Origin: Cytophagales bacterium
GTDB lineage: Bacteria; Bacteroidota; Bacteroidia; Cytophagales; Cytophagaceae
DNA length: 13,791 bases
Direction: 5' to 3'
Assembly (NCBI GenBank): GCA_025360235.1
Contig: JANYCO010000056.1
Location: 1-13,791 of the forward strand
Shown: piece after piece, positions 1-8,467 of the stretch
Position numbering within the stretch: the stretch's first letter is position 1
How the letters are laid out: every line of letters starts with the position of its first letter
The notes under the pieces: model-generated
Told to the model about the DNA's origin: nothing
The model's input: only the letters and a program-made list of their open reading frames with translations
The model's database searches: none
Position numbers and translations under genes: made by a program

Positions 1-2
1 CC

Positions 3-734
3 TGGAAAAAAAATGAAACAGAATTACATCGAACTATTGGCATTTCATTTCAGGAAACAAAATTTATGGATAAGCTTTCTGTTAAAGAAACACTCCAGAT
101 GTTTGCTTGTTTTTATAAATTAAATGAAACAAGAGTAGAGGAAGTATTGGAATTGGTAAATCTTCAATCCAAACAAAAAAGTTATACGGTAAATTTATCC
201 GGAGGCCAGCGTCAGCGTTTAGCGCTCGGGGTGGCATTGCTTCATAAGCCCAAAGTACTTTTGCTCGATGAACCTACTACTGGTCTGGATCCCACAGCCA
301 GACGGGAAGTATGGAATATTTTAGAAAAATTAAAACGGGAAGAAAACACTTCTATGATTCTTACTACTCATTATATGGAAGAAGCAGAATTTCTTTGCGA
401 CCGCATTGTGATCATGGATCAGGGGCGGTTTATAGCTCAGGGGACGCTGGAAGAATTAGTATCCAAATACAGTGAAGGGGAAGTTATTGAATTTAATCTT
501 GGACAAACATTACCCGAAGATCCGCAAACCTTTATTAAAGGAGTAAAGGGAATCATCTGGGATATTCCTTTGAAAAGAGGGAAGATGAACGTTGAAAGTA
601 TTTCAAGAACACTCCCATTATTTATTCAATACCTAACTGATCATCAAATTTCAATAACGGAATTAGAATGCAGGAAAATGAGGCTTGATGATTTGTTTAT
701 TTCTATGACAGGAAGGAGTTTGAATGAAAACTAA
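3..734 (+). CDS. ABC transporter ATP-binding protein (ABC-2/CcmA-type exporter ATPase), 5'-partial
   Basis: The reading frame is open from the window edge, so the ATG at 66 is internal. ABC signature LSGGQRQR, Walker B LLLDEPTTGLD and H-loop TTHYMEE are present. A ~90-aa C-terminal extension ends in ...RLDDLFISMTG, as is typical of ABC-2 exporter ATPases. The Walker A motif would lie upstream of the window. Confidence 0.9.
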   Translation, partial: WKKNETELHRTIGISFQETKFMDKLSVKETLQMFACFYKLNETRVEEVLELVNLQSKQKSYTVNLSGGQRQRLALGVALLHKPKVLLLDEPTTGLDPTARREVWNILEKLKREENTSMILTTHYMEEAEFLCDRIVIMDQGRFIAQGTLEELVSKYSEGEVIEFNLGQTLPEDPQTFIKGVKGIIWDIPLKRGKMNVESISRTLPLFIQYLTDHQISITELECRKMRLDDLFISMTGRSLNEN

Positions 735-1788
735 TCCTCTTGTTTCTCTTGTCGTAATAAATTTCAAAAATTTCTTTCGGGAACCAGGGGCACTGTTTTG
801 GTCATTCGCCTTTCCGATAGCAATGGCGTGGATTCTAGGGGTTGCCTTTTCAGGAACTCCTGCAAAGAAATATAAAGTATTACTATCAGGAGACAGTACC
901 CTTTCACAAATATATCCCAACGAGAAGAAAAAAGATTTTATAAAAGAAATTGCGACCGGAACCGGAATGTCAGTAACTGCCGTCTTTGAAACTGTTTCGT
1001 TAGAAAAAATAAAGGAAGCCCTCCAAAAGGGAGCTTGTATTTTATACATTGATCTGCGCAATGGGCAACCTGTATTTCATTATGATGCCAGTAATTCAGA
1101 TGCAGCAAACCTTTATGTGTTGCTGGAAAGAGATATCGCACTAGTAGCGGGTAAAAAAAGTTTTCCAATAGCACAGATCACCACAAAAGGAACGAGGTAT
1201 ATTGATTTTCTTATACCAGGCTTATTGGCCATGGGTATTATGAATTCCTGTGTATGGGGAATAAGCTGGTTTTTGATCGAACTCAGAATAAAAAAATTAT
1301 TAAGGAGAATGGTTGCTACACCAATGAAAAAATCAGATTTTATACTTTCCCATTTTATAGGAAGATTATTATTAACCTTATTTGAGGCTTCGGTATTATT
1401 CTTTTTTTCCTGGCTTTTCTTCGATTTGGAAATAACCGGAAGTTCAGTGGCTTTAATTCCTTTGTTTTTTTCAGGGATTCTGGCTTTTGGGGGAATAGGT
1501 TTGATCTTAGCCTCCCGCACCCAAAGTACTTATGTTGGGAATGGGCTTATTAATGCCGTAGTTCTACCTATGACCATCGTTTCGGGGATTTTCTTTAGTT
1601 ATGAAGGGTTCCCAAATTGGTTGATTCCTATTATTAAGATATTGCCACTCACCATTCTAACTGATTCTATTAGAGCGGTCTTTAATGAAGGAGCCGGTTT
1701 TTCGGAGATCTTTTGGCCTTGTTCAATACTGACTTTACTGGGATTAATCTTTTATTACACGGGCTTGAAATTGTTCAAATGGTATTGA
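724..1788 (+). CDS. ABC-2 family transporter permease
   Basis: Its ATG at 724 overlaps the upstream stop (ATGAATGA), indicating translational coupling with the ATPase. It has an N-terminal TM helix, a ~130-aa extracytoplasmic loop, and then five to six hydrophobic helices, which matches YadH/NosY-like ABC-2 permeases. Confidence 0.85.
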   Translation: MKTNPLVSLVVINFKNFFREPGALFWSFAFPIAMAWILGVAFSGTPAKKYKVLLSGDSTLSQIYPNEKKKDFIKEIATGTGMSVTAVFETVSLEKIKEALQKGACILYIDLRNGQPVFHYDASNSDAANLYVLLERDIALVAGKKSFPIAQITTKGTRYIDFLIPGLLAMGIMNSCVWGISWFLIELRIKKLLRRMVATPMKKSDFILSHFIGRLLLTLFEASVLFFFSWLFFDLEITGSSVALIPLFFSGILAFGGIGLILASRTQSTYVGNGLINAVVLPMTIVSGIFFSYEGFPNWLIPIIKILPLTILTDSIRAVFNEGAGFSEIFWPCSILTLLGLIFYYTGLKLFKWY

Positions 1789-1832
1789 GGTGGCTATTAA
1801 GAAAAGAATTATTCGCCTTTTTTTATTACAAA

Positions 1833-1870
1833 TCCTTGAAATTTTTATTTTTTCTGCTAATATTTGGTAA
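1833..1870 (+). promoter_or_regulatory. Candidate Bacteroidetes-type promoter (-33 TTG, -7 TAatATTTG-like) for the solute-binding-protein gene
   Basis: A TTG at 1836-1838 and TAATATTTG at 1858-1866 are spaced ~19 bp apart, resembling the Bacteroidetes sigma-A consensus TTTG / TAnnTTTG. The match is inexact. Confidence 0.2.
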
Positions 1871-1940
1871 CTTAAATCCCACAAATGGGAATGACCATTT
1901 GGGTTTGACTAACAATTCAATTTTTTATTAAAAATTTAAA

Positions 1941-3692
1941 ATGAAAAAGACATTAATTTCTTTTCTTTCGGTTGCTTTACTTGTAAGCGCTTGTGGCCCT
2001 TCAAACGATAGCAACGTAGATCCAAATGCATTAGTAGAAGCCAAAGGTGGCAAATATTATGGCGGTACTTTCATAGTGAATGAATCCGATTATATTAAAA
2101 ACCTATTCCCTCATAATATCATAGATGCGATCTCTTACCGAGTGGCCTCTCAGATCTATGAAGGGCTTATGAAATTTGATCAAAAAGACTTAAGTCTTAA
2201 AAACGGTATTGCAGAAAGCTATACCGTGGATTCTTCGCAAACAGTGTACACCTTTAAATTAAGAAAAGGGGTTATGTTTCATGACGATGAATGCTTCTCA
2301 GGCGGCAAAGGCAGAGAAGTGACTGCAGAGGATGTAAAATATTGCTTTACGTTACTATGTACTCCTAGCGTAACCAACCAAGGGTTTAGCTGTTTGGACG
2401 GTATTGTAAAAGGAGCCAAGGAATATTATGTTGCTGCTAAGGATGGCAAAAAGCCAGGATTTGAAGTAGAAGGTATCAAGGTAATTGATGCATCAACAAT
2501 TCAATTCACGCTTACTGCTCCAAATTCTATCTTCCTTAATAACTTAGCGCGACCATTTACCTTTATCTTCCCAAAAGAAGCATATGAGAAATACGACAAA
2601 GAAATGAGGATAAAAGCAGTTGGTACTGGCCCATTCTCTATTTCTAAAGTGGAAGAAGGAAATGTTGTTGTACTTAAGAAAAACGAAAACTATTATTTGT
2701 CCGATAAAGACGGAAATAAACTTCCTTATTTGAATGGAATAAAAGTTAAATTTTTAAAAGACAAAAAATCTGAACTGTTAGAATTTAAAAACGGTCGTTT
2801 GAATATGATGTACCGTATGCCTACAGATTATATTATAGAAATAGAAGAACAAACTGCACAGAAAACAGGTGTATATGGAGAATACGAACTTCAGAGAACT
2901 CCTGAAATGGCAACGCACCTTTTATGTTTCCTGAACAATGGAAAAATGTTCAGCAACAAAAATCTAAGAAAGGCAATCTCTTATGCAATCAACAGAAAGA
3001 AAATTCTTGAAGCAGTATTGAATGGAGAAGGCTACTGGCATGCTATCTATGGCATCACTCCGGTAGATGCTTTCAAAGGATACGATGTTAAAAAAATAAA
3101 AGGATACGACCTGAACTTGGATTCAGCTAATATGTATTTGAAAAAAGCTGGGTTCAAAAAAGGAGCTGATGTTCCTAAAATCACGCTTGAATTAAACTCT
3201 GATGGTGACAGAAACATTGCAGTAGCAGAAGAAGTAAAAAAACAACTTAAAGAAAATCTTGACATTAATGTCGACATCAATGTGGTTACAACTCCGGCAT
3301 TGGCAGAGATCATGCAGAGTGGGAAAAGTGATTTCTTTCGTTTAGGTTGGTTTGCCGATTATCCAAGTCCTGAAAACTTCCTTTGGTTCTTCTACGGTAA
3401 AAATGTACCTGCTACAATGGATGAAATTTCTTATCCAAACTTTACAAGATACGTGAATCCTAAGTTTGATGAATTGTACGAAGCAGGCTTAAGAGCAAAA
3501 ACGCAGGAAGAGGCGTATGGCTATTTCTTAAAAGCAGAACAAATTGCAATGGATGATGCACCTGTTATTGCCCTTTGGTATGATGAAGGATACAGATTGC
3601 TTCAATCTACAGTAAGGGGATTGGACAACAACGCTATGCAGTTTAGGGATTTTACCGGAGTGTATTTTATACCTGGAACAAAAAAGAAATAG
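1941..3692 (+). CDS. Extracellular solute-binding protein family 5 (OppA/DppA-like) lipoprotein
   Basis: It has a lipoprotein signal peptide with the lipobox LVSAC (Cys18). The mature protein is ~565 aa and opens with GGTFIVNESDYIKNLFPH...YEGLMKFD, which is typical of cluster-C/family-5 peptide or nickel binding proteins. No cognate OppBCDF-type permease genes are nearby. Confidence 0.85.
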   Translation: MKKTLISFLSVALLVSACGPSNDSNVDPNALVEAKGGKYYGGTFIVNESDYIKNLFPHNIIDAISYRVASQIYEGLMKFDQKDLSLKNGIAESYTVDSSQTVYTFKLRKGVMFHDDECFSGGKGREVTAEDVKYCFTLLCTPSVTNQGFSCLDGIVKGAKEYYVAAKDGKKPGFEVEGIKVIDASTIQFTLTAPNSIFLNNLARPFTFIFPKEAYEKYDKEMRIKAVGTGPFSISKVEEGNVVVLKKNENYYLSDKDGNKLPYLNGIKVKFLKDKKSELLEFKNGRLNMMYRMPTDYIIEIEEQTAQKTGVYGEYELQRTPEMATHLLCFLNNGKMFSNKNLRKAISYAINRKKILEAVLNGEGYWHAIYGITPVDAFKGYDVKKIKGYDLNLDSANMYLKKAGFKKGADVPKITLELNSDGDRNIAVAEEVKKQLKENLDINVDINVVTTPALAEIMQSGKSDFFRLGWFADYPSPENFLWFFYGKNVPATMDEISYPNFTRYVNPKFDELYEAGLRAKTQEEAYGYFLKAEQIAMDDAPVIALWYDEGYRLLQSTVRGLDNNAMQFRDFTGVYFIPGTKKK

Positions 3693-3750
3693 ACCACTGA
3701 TTGAACGGATTAAGTGATTTCGCGGATTCCTTTATAAGATAAAAAAATAA

Positions 3751-3782
3751 AAAAAGAGCAACCTTTGGTTGCTCTTTTTTTA
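3751..3782. terminator. Bidirectional rho-independent terminator between convergent genes
   Basis: The stem GAGCAACC (3756-3763) pairs with GGTTGCTC (3767-3774) around a TTT loop. It is followed by T7 (3775-3781) and preceded by an A-run (3741-3755), so it reads as a terminator on both strands. Confidence 0.75.
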
Positions 3783-3813
3783 TAAAATCGGAGAAATCCC
3801 TAATTTCATTTAA

Positions 3814-4386
3814 TCAACGATAAAAGAGTTTTTTATGAATATACGCCTCAACTTGTTCTGTCACCAGATAACGAATAGATTTCCCTTCTTTTATATTGCT
3901 TCTGATATAGGTAGCAGAAATATCTAACAGAGGGGCAGGAACAAATTTTACTTTCGGATGCTCGGAAAGGTTTGTTTTTTCTGCGGCTGGTCTTGGGTAT
4001 ACATACAATTCATAATACTCAAGAATTTTATCGTAATTTTTCCATTTAATAAAAGAAGCCAGATTATCTTCACCAATGATAAGCACAAACTGATGTTGAG
4101 GATATTTTTCAGATAGATAGGTAAGCGTATCGATGGTGTAGCTTGGCTTGGACAAATGAAACTCTACATCAGTGACTTTTAATTTATAGCTGTCGTTTAC
4201 TGCTAACGAAACCATTTCATAACGGTCAAACTCATGAAGGAGGCTTGCATTTTTTTTTAAAGGATTTTGAGGAGATACTACTAACCAAACCTCTTGAAGA
4301 TCGGAGTTCTCAGCCATTGTATTGGCAATAATTAAATGACCAATATGGATAGGATTAAAAGAGCCGAAAAATAAACCAATCTTCAT
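3814..4386 (-). CDS. nadD: Nicotinate-nucleotide adenylyltransferase
   Basis: The N-terminus MKIGLFFGSFNPIHIGHL carries the (H/T)xGH nucleotidyltransferase motif, and the C-terminal ISATYIRSNI is an ISSTxxR-like motif. The ORF-track start at 4392 is a TTG, so the ATG at 4386 is taken as the true start. Confidence 0.9.
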   Translation of the reverse strand: MKIGLFFGSFNPIHIGHLIIANTMAENSDLQEVWLVVSPQNPLKKNASLLHEFDRYEMVSLAVNDSYKLKVTDVEFHLSKPSYTIDTLTYLSEKYPQHQFVLIIGEDNLASFIKWKNYDKILEYYELYVYPRPAAEKTNLSEHPKVKFVPAPLLDISATYIRSNIKEGKSIRYLVTEQVEAYIHKKLFYR

Positions 4387-4391
4387 TTTCA

Positions 4392-4450
4392 ATTTTGAGT
4401 TATGAATTTTGAGTTATGAATTAATAGTTCAACATTCATAACTCAAAATT
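4392..4450. repeat. Perfect 16-bp inverted repeat (ATTTTGAGTTATGAAT-N12-ATTCATAACTCAAAAT) plus a third direct half-site copy, placed between the SDR stop and the nadD start
   Basis: TTTTGAGTTATGAA occurs at 4393-4406 and 4407-4420. Its reverse complement occurs at 4436-4449. Confidence 0.6.
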
Positions 4451-4452
4451 AT

Positions 4453-5181
4453 TTATACGCAATATCCTCCATCTATATTCAGCACTGTGCCTGTAATATA
4501 GTTGGCTTCGTCAGAAGCAAGGAAGAAGTAGGCATTAGCAATATCTTCAGCTGTACCGATTTTTCTTGCTGGGATTTTTTCCTTGATCGACTTAATAACC
4601 ATTGCTGTATTTTTATTGATGTACTCGCTGTCTATATAGCCAGGAGCAATTGTATTTACAGTTATATTATGTTTGCTAAGTTCCAATGCCCAAAGTTTTG
4701 AAATGCCTATTACACCATTTTTTACTGCTGAATAGTTTGCCTGATTTACATCTCCGTATAAACCTAGAAGCGCCGTAGTATTAATAATTCTTCCATAATT
4801 ATTAAGAAGCATATAAGGGGAAACTGCTTTGATACAATTCATAACGCCACTAAGACTTTTGTCGATCAATTTTGACCAATCACTCTCCCCAGCATCTATA
4901 CTGGAGGCTGCATTATTGATTAGGATATCTATGCGTTGGTATTTTTCGTAAATTTCTTTTGCTCTTTTTTCTGTCTCTTCAAGATTTGTATTGTCTACTT
5001 TCTGAAAATCTACGGTGCATTTTTGAGCCTTTAGATTGGCTACTACGATTTTTCCTTTTTGTTCGTCGGTGTCCCAGAGAATAACTTTAGCGCCTGACTT
5101 ACAAAATTTATTAATGGAGGCGGTGGCTATGCTATCTGCCCCTCCACTTATAATGACAATTTTGTTTTCTGATTTTCTCAT
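4453..5181 (-). CDS. Short-chain dehydrogenase/reductase (SDR) family oxidoreductase, FabG-like
   Basis: It is ~240 aa with a glycine-rich N-terminal dinucleotide-binding segment (ISGGADSIATA), an NNAA motif, and the catalytic YSAVK (Yx3K). Its ATG overlaps the menA stop (ATGA). Confidence 0.85.
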   Translation of the reverse strand: MRKSENKIVIISGGADSIATASINKFCKSGAKVILWDTDEQKGKIVVANLKAQKCTVDFQKVDNTNLEETEKRAKEIYEKYQRIDILINNAASSIDAGESDWSKLIDKSLSGVMNCIKAVSPYMLLNNYGRIINTTALLGLYGDVNQANYSAVKNGVIGISKLWALELSKHNITVNTIAPGYIDSEYINKNTAMVIKSIKEKIPARKIGTAEDIANAYFFLASDEANYITGTVLNIDGGYCV

Positions 5182-6092
5182 GATACAGCCAGAAGTATTC
5201 CTGTTCCAAAACTAAAAACAAAGACAAGTGTGCTTATTGCCATTTGTTTTAGATAAGGGTCTAGATCTCGGGAATCGAGTGTTTTAACTTTTACAATATT
5301 AATAATAAAAAGCGGAACTGAAACTAAAAACAACAGCTGCCATGGATTTTTATAGGTAATAATGATATAGATCACCGCACAAAGAAAGCCTGCAGAAAGC
5401 AGTACAATATGGTACAAGACGGCTTTTTCTCTCCCAAGCCTTGAAGGAATGGTTCGTTTTCCTGCTTCAGTATCTGATACAATATCCCGGATATTATTTA
5501 TGTTCAGAACACCTGTTGCGAAAAGTCCACATGAGGTGGCTGGTAAGATAGTTGCAGCATATAATTCACCTGTTTGAAGAAAAAAACTTCCGCAAACTCC
5601 TACCCATCCAAAAAAGATAAGAACAGAAATATCTCCCAGACCAGAATAACCATAAGGGTTCTTTCCTGCAGTATATTTTATAGAAGCTATAATTGCAAAT
5701 ACGCCAAGTACAAGAAAAAAGCCGAAGGTATTGATCGATTGAAAAGTGTCGCTGATGTATAGTAATGTTATTCCGGTAGCAAAGGATAAGAATGAAAACA
5801 ATACAATAGCATTTTTCATTGCAGCAGGACTTATCTCTCCTGATTGCACTGCTCTTTCCGGGCCAATACGGCCGATCAGATCAGCGCCGTTTACATAATC
5901 GCCATAGTCGTTGGCAAGGTTGGATAATATCTGAAGGAGTATTGTTGTGAGAATGCACAATAAGAAGATCTCTAATTTAAAACTTCCATAAGCCGCCGCC
6001 AGAAATCCTCCCATACCAATACTTGCTACAGCGAGGGGTAGTGTTCGAAGACGGAATGCTTTTAACCAGGCGTTAGTGGATCCTTTGGCCAT
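5178..6092 (-). CDS. menA: 1,4-dihydroxy-2-naphthoate octaprenyltransferase (UbiA superfamily)
   Basis: LLQILSNLANDYGDYVNGADLIGRIGPERAVQSGEIS closely matches the E. coli MenA active-site region (LLQILSNLANDYGDAVKGSD..RIGP). The N-terminus has RLRTLPLA, and the protein has multiple TM helices. Confidence 0.9.
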   Translation of the reverse strand: MAKGSTNAWLKAFRLRTLPLAVASIGMGGFLAAAYGSFKLEIFLLCILTTILLQILSNLANDYGDYVNGADLIGRIGPERAVQSGEISPAAMKNAIVLFSFLSFATGITLLYISDTFQSINTFGFFLVLGVFAIIASIKYTAGKNPYGYSGLGDISVLIFFGWVGVCGSFFLQTGELYAATILPATSCGLFATGVLNINNIRDIVSDTEAGKRTIPSRLGREKAVLYHIVLLSAGFLCAVIYIIITYKNPWQLLFLVSVPLFIINIVKVKTLDSRDLDPYLKQMAISTLVFVFSFGTGILLAVS

Positions 6093-6093
6093 A

Positions 6094-7314
6094 TTATGAA
6101 ACTTGTTTTACTTTAAATGAGACCAGAATACAAGCCACCAGAGCCACAATAGAGATGATGCCACAAATACCGAAATTTTCCAGAGAACCATTATTATTTT
6201 TCACTATAATAGCTCCAGCGGCAAGAATGGCAAGAGAGGATGAAAATTGTTGTATGGATGAATTGATACTCATAAAACTTCCTCTCTGACGAAGTTCAAC
6301 ACTGGAAGTCATCATCGACATGGCAGGAACGAAACGTGCTCCAAAGAAAATAAAAAAGATACTACTCATTGTGAGTATCCAGGTATAGCTTGAAGCAGGT
6401 AGATGTGTCATAATGTATACGGGTATAACAGAAATAATTCCTGCAATTAAAAACACTCTTGGTTTCCCGAATTTATCCGCTAATCGTCCTGTTAAAGGTC
6501 CTGATATTGCAGTAGCTATACCTCCAAAGAAATAAACGAGATAAAGATCTCCTTTGCTTAATCCAGCATTTTTTACAAGATAATCAGAAAGGAAAGGTAC
6601 TACCGTAAGGCCTGAGATCATTAGTAAGGACATAAATAAAAACGACCAACGAACATTTGGATTCAGGAATAGGCCTTTAATTTTTTGTAGAGTGCCACTG
6701 AAATCAAGATTGGTTACATGTGAAGTAATGGAAGGCATTTTGAACCATGTAAATAATAATACGATAAGACTTAGTAGTGTAATAAAATAAAAGGGAGCAT
6801 GCCAATCAAATACATCGGCAAGTAGAATACCTATCGGGAGTCCGATAACGGAGGCAGCAGAAAAGGCAGCCATTACAATGCCTGTTGCTTTGCCTCTTCT
6901 TTCCTGAGGAATAACATCACCAACTACGGATAGAATTACAGAGCCTAATACACCTCCAAAAGCACCAGCAAGAATTCTGGAAGTCATTAAGGAATAATAC
7001 TCAGGTGAAATGGCACAGGCAAAATTGCTGATGGTAAATCCGGAATACAGGAAAATAAGAGTAGTGCGTCTGTCGAATTTGTCCACGAAGAATGCCCCTG
7101 CAATTCCTGCTACCCCTGCGCTTAATGCATAGGAAGCCTGAAGTAAGCTGAATCGTTGCGGACTAAGGGATAGAGCTTCAGTTAAGAATGGATTGAGTGG
7201 TGCCATAATCACGAAATCCATAATATGGGTAAAGTTGATTGCTGCCAGAATGAATAGTAGTAAGCCTTCTTTTATTGGAACAGCTGGTGTTGAGTTTGTA
7301 TTTTGAATTGACAT
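6094..7314 (-). CDS. MFS transporter
   Basis: It is 406 aa with ~12 predicted hydrophobic helices and a GRLADKFGKPR-type loop motif between TM helices (MFS motif A-like). Its stop lies 1 bp from the menA start. Confidence 0.85.
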   Translation of the reverse strand: MSIQNTNSTPAVPIKEGLLLFILAAINFTHIMDFVIMAPLNPFLTEALSLSPQRFSLLQASYALSAGVAGIAGAFFVDKFDRRTTLIFLYSGFTISNFACAISPEYYSLMTSRILAGAFGGVLGSVILSVVGDVIPQERRGKATGIVMAAFSAASVIGLPIGILLADVFDWHAPFYFITLLSLIVLLFTWFKMPSITSHVTNLDFSGTLQKIKGLFLNPNVRWSFLFMSLLMISGLTVVPFLSDYLVKNAGLSKGDLYLVYFFGGIATAISGPLTGRLADKFGKPRVFLIAGIISVIPVYIMTHLPASSYTWILTMSSIFFIFFGARFVPAMSMMTSSVELRQRGSFMSINSSIQQFSSSLAILAAGAIIVKNNNGSLENFGICGIISIVALVACILVSFKVKQVS

Positions 7315-7335
7315 AAAATTAGTTAAAAATTCTGT

Positions 7336-7971
7336 TTAACATTTCCTTCGTATTCTTTTTCTCCCTTTGCCGTTACAATTATAACAGATAATTTTTTCCT
7401 TTAACGTTCCTTTGCATACCGTGCATTTCACTATTTTTTCTCCATTACAACGATGGCAGGTGTGAAAAGTATTTCCAAAACTATTGCTGGCCGTAGCTAC
7501 ACCACTTCCTTTACAAAGAGGACAAATTTCGACGCCTTTTCCTTTACAGTGCCTGCAAGCGATTTCAACGGTTGAATCCCCATAACAAATATCACATTCC
7601 ATATAAACATCATGATAGCCAGTCTCCTTGCAGTCTGCCTGAATAAGCGCTTCGTGTGCTTTGTGAGAAAGAGGACCTTCTTCCCCTTGCAGCATTATAT
7701 ATTTATTAAGGGCTGCACGACTCTGAGCATATTTGTTTAGATTAAGTAAAGTATAGCCATAAAAATAAGCGAGTTCATCAGGAACAGCGGTTTTAAGAGC
7801 AAAGATTTTTTTGAAAATATCGTTCGCCTCAGAAAATTTTTTCTCTTCTACTTTCTGTTTTGCCAGTTCAAGATAATGGTTAGCTAAAGTATCTTTAGGT
7901 GTTTGTCCAAAAGATAAGTTAAAGCCTGTTATAAGGAAACTGCAATAAAAGACCAGAATAAAACGCTTCAT
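7336..7971 (-). CDS. Secreted TPR-like / DnaJ-type (CxxCxGxG) zinc-finger protein
   Basis: It has the signal peptide MKRFILVFYCSFLITGFNLSFGQ and a helical TPR-like N-terminal half. The C-terminal half has six CxxCxG repeats (CRHCKGKG, CPLCKGSG, CYNCNGKG and others) like the DnaJ cysteine-rich domain. Its stop is 21 bp from the MFS start. Confidence 0.7.
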   Translation of the reverse strand: MKRFILVFYCSFLITGFNLSFGQTPKDTLANHYLELAKQKVEEKKFSEANDIFKKIFALKTAVPDELAYFYGYTLLNLNKYAQSRAALNKYIMLQGEEGPLSHKAHEALIQADCKETGYHDVYMECDICYGDSTVEIACRHCKGKGVEICPLCKGSGVATASNSFGNTFHTCHRCNGEKIVKCTVCKGTLKEKIICYNCNGKGRKRIRRKC

Positions 7972-8007
7972 GCAAAAGATACTTTACCTAAATATAGTAA
8001 AAATTCA

Positions 8008-8358
8008 CTATATAAGATATGTCCCTAAATCGATTATTTTACCCTCTGTAAAGCTAAAATCGCCTTCCTGTTCAGTATCAATATCATCTAACAAAGGACT
8101 TATAAAGAATTCTTTACCCTCTCTGTAAACTTTAAAATATAGATCAGGGAAAGTTTCAAAGGGAGAGTCGGCAGATTTTATTTTATCAAGGTCAAATTTA
8201 ATCATGACATTTCCTTCCTTGTCTGGTTTTGCTTCGCCAAGAAAGTCGTCTTCTATTGGATCTTTGTCGTATAGCCTTACAGAAATAGTATCTCCGGAAA
8301 GTGCAGCGCCTGTTCCTTTTTCAGTGAGTTGAATTTTAGTATGAATGAAAATGCCCAT
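8008..8358 (-). CDS. Hypothetical acidic cytoplasmic protein (116 aa)
   Basis: It is a clean ATG ORF with no signal peptide. It is rich in D/E with alternating hydrophobic residues, suggestive of a beta-sandwich fold. No family is recognised. Confidence 0.55.
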   Translation of the reverse strand: MGIFIHTKIQLTEKGTGAALSGDTISVRLYDKDPIEDDFLGEAKPDKEGNVMIKFDLDKIKSADSPFETFPDLYFKVYREGKEFFISPLLDDIDTEQEGDFSFTEGKIIDLGTYLI

Positions 8359-8393
8359 AAGTGGATTATTTTGTTTTTTTGTAAAGATAGAAT

Positions 8394-8436
8394 AAAAGGA
8401 GGAAAGAAGAAAAGGAGAAAGGGAGAAAAGAAGAAG
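8394..8436. repeat. 43-nt pure polypurine (plus strand) / polypyrimidine (minus strand) tract
   Basis: The tract AAAAGGAGGAAAGAAGAAAAGGAGAAAGGGAGAAAAGAAGAAG contains only A and G. It lies in the 109-bp gap between the rsuA-like stop and the 116-aa gene start. Confidence 0.9.
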
Positions 8437-8467
8437 TCATGCACCTCTTATGGTTTTCTGAAAAATG

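Noticed and set aside
663-1520. Minus-strand ORFs 663..1061, 938..1174, 1113..1520
   Set aside because: They are antisense to the ABC ATPase/permease genes, which have clear motif support. No independent support exists.
1789-1830. Possible hairpin/T-run terminator after the permease gene (GGC...GCC followed by TTTTTTT at ~1819-1825)
   Set aside because: Stem complementarity is poor (only GGC/GCC ends pair cleanly). It is not convincing as an intrinsic terminator.
1713-1931. 72-aa plus-strand ORF spanning the permease 3' end and intergenic region
   Set aside because: It overlaps the permease in another frame and runs through the putative promoter and leader of the SBP gene. It is low complexity.
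3047-3313. 88-aa minus-strand ORF inside the SBP gene
   Set aside because: It is an embedded antisense shadow ORF.
5574-5762. 62-aa plus-strand ORF inside menA
   Set aside because: It is antisense to a confidently identified MenA coding region.
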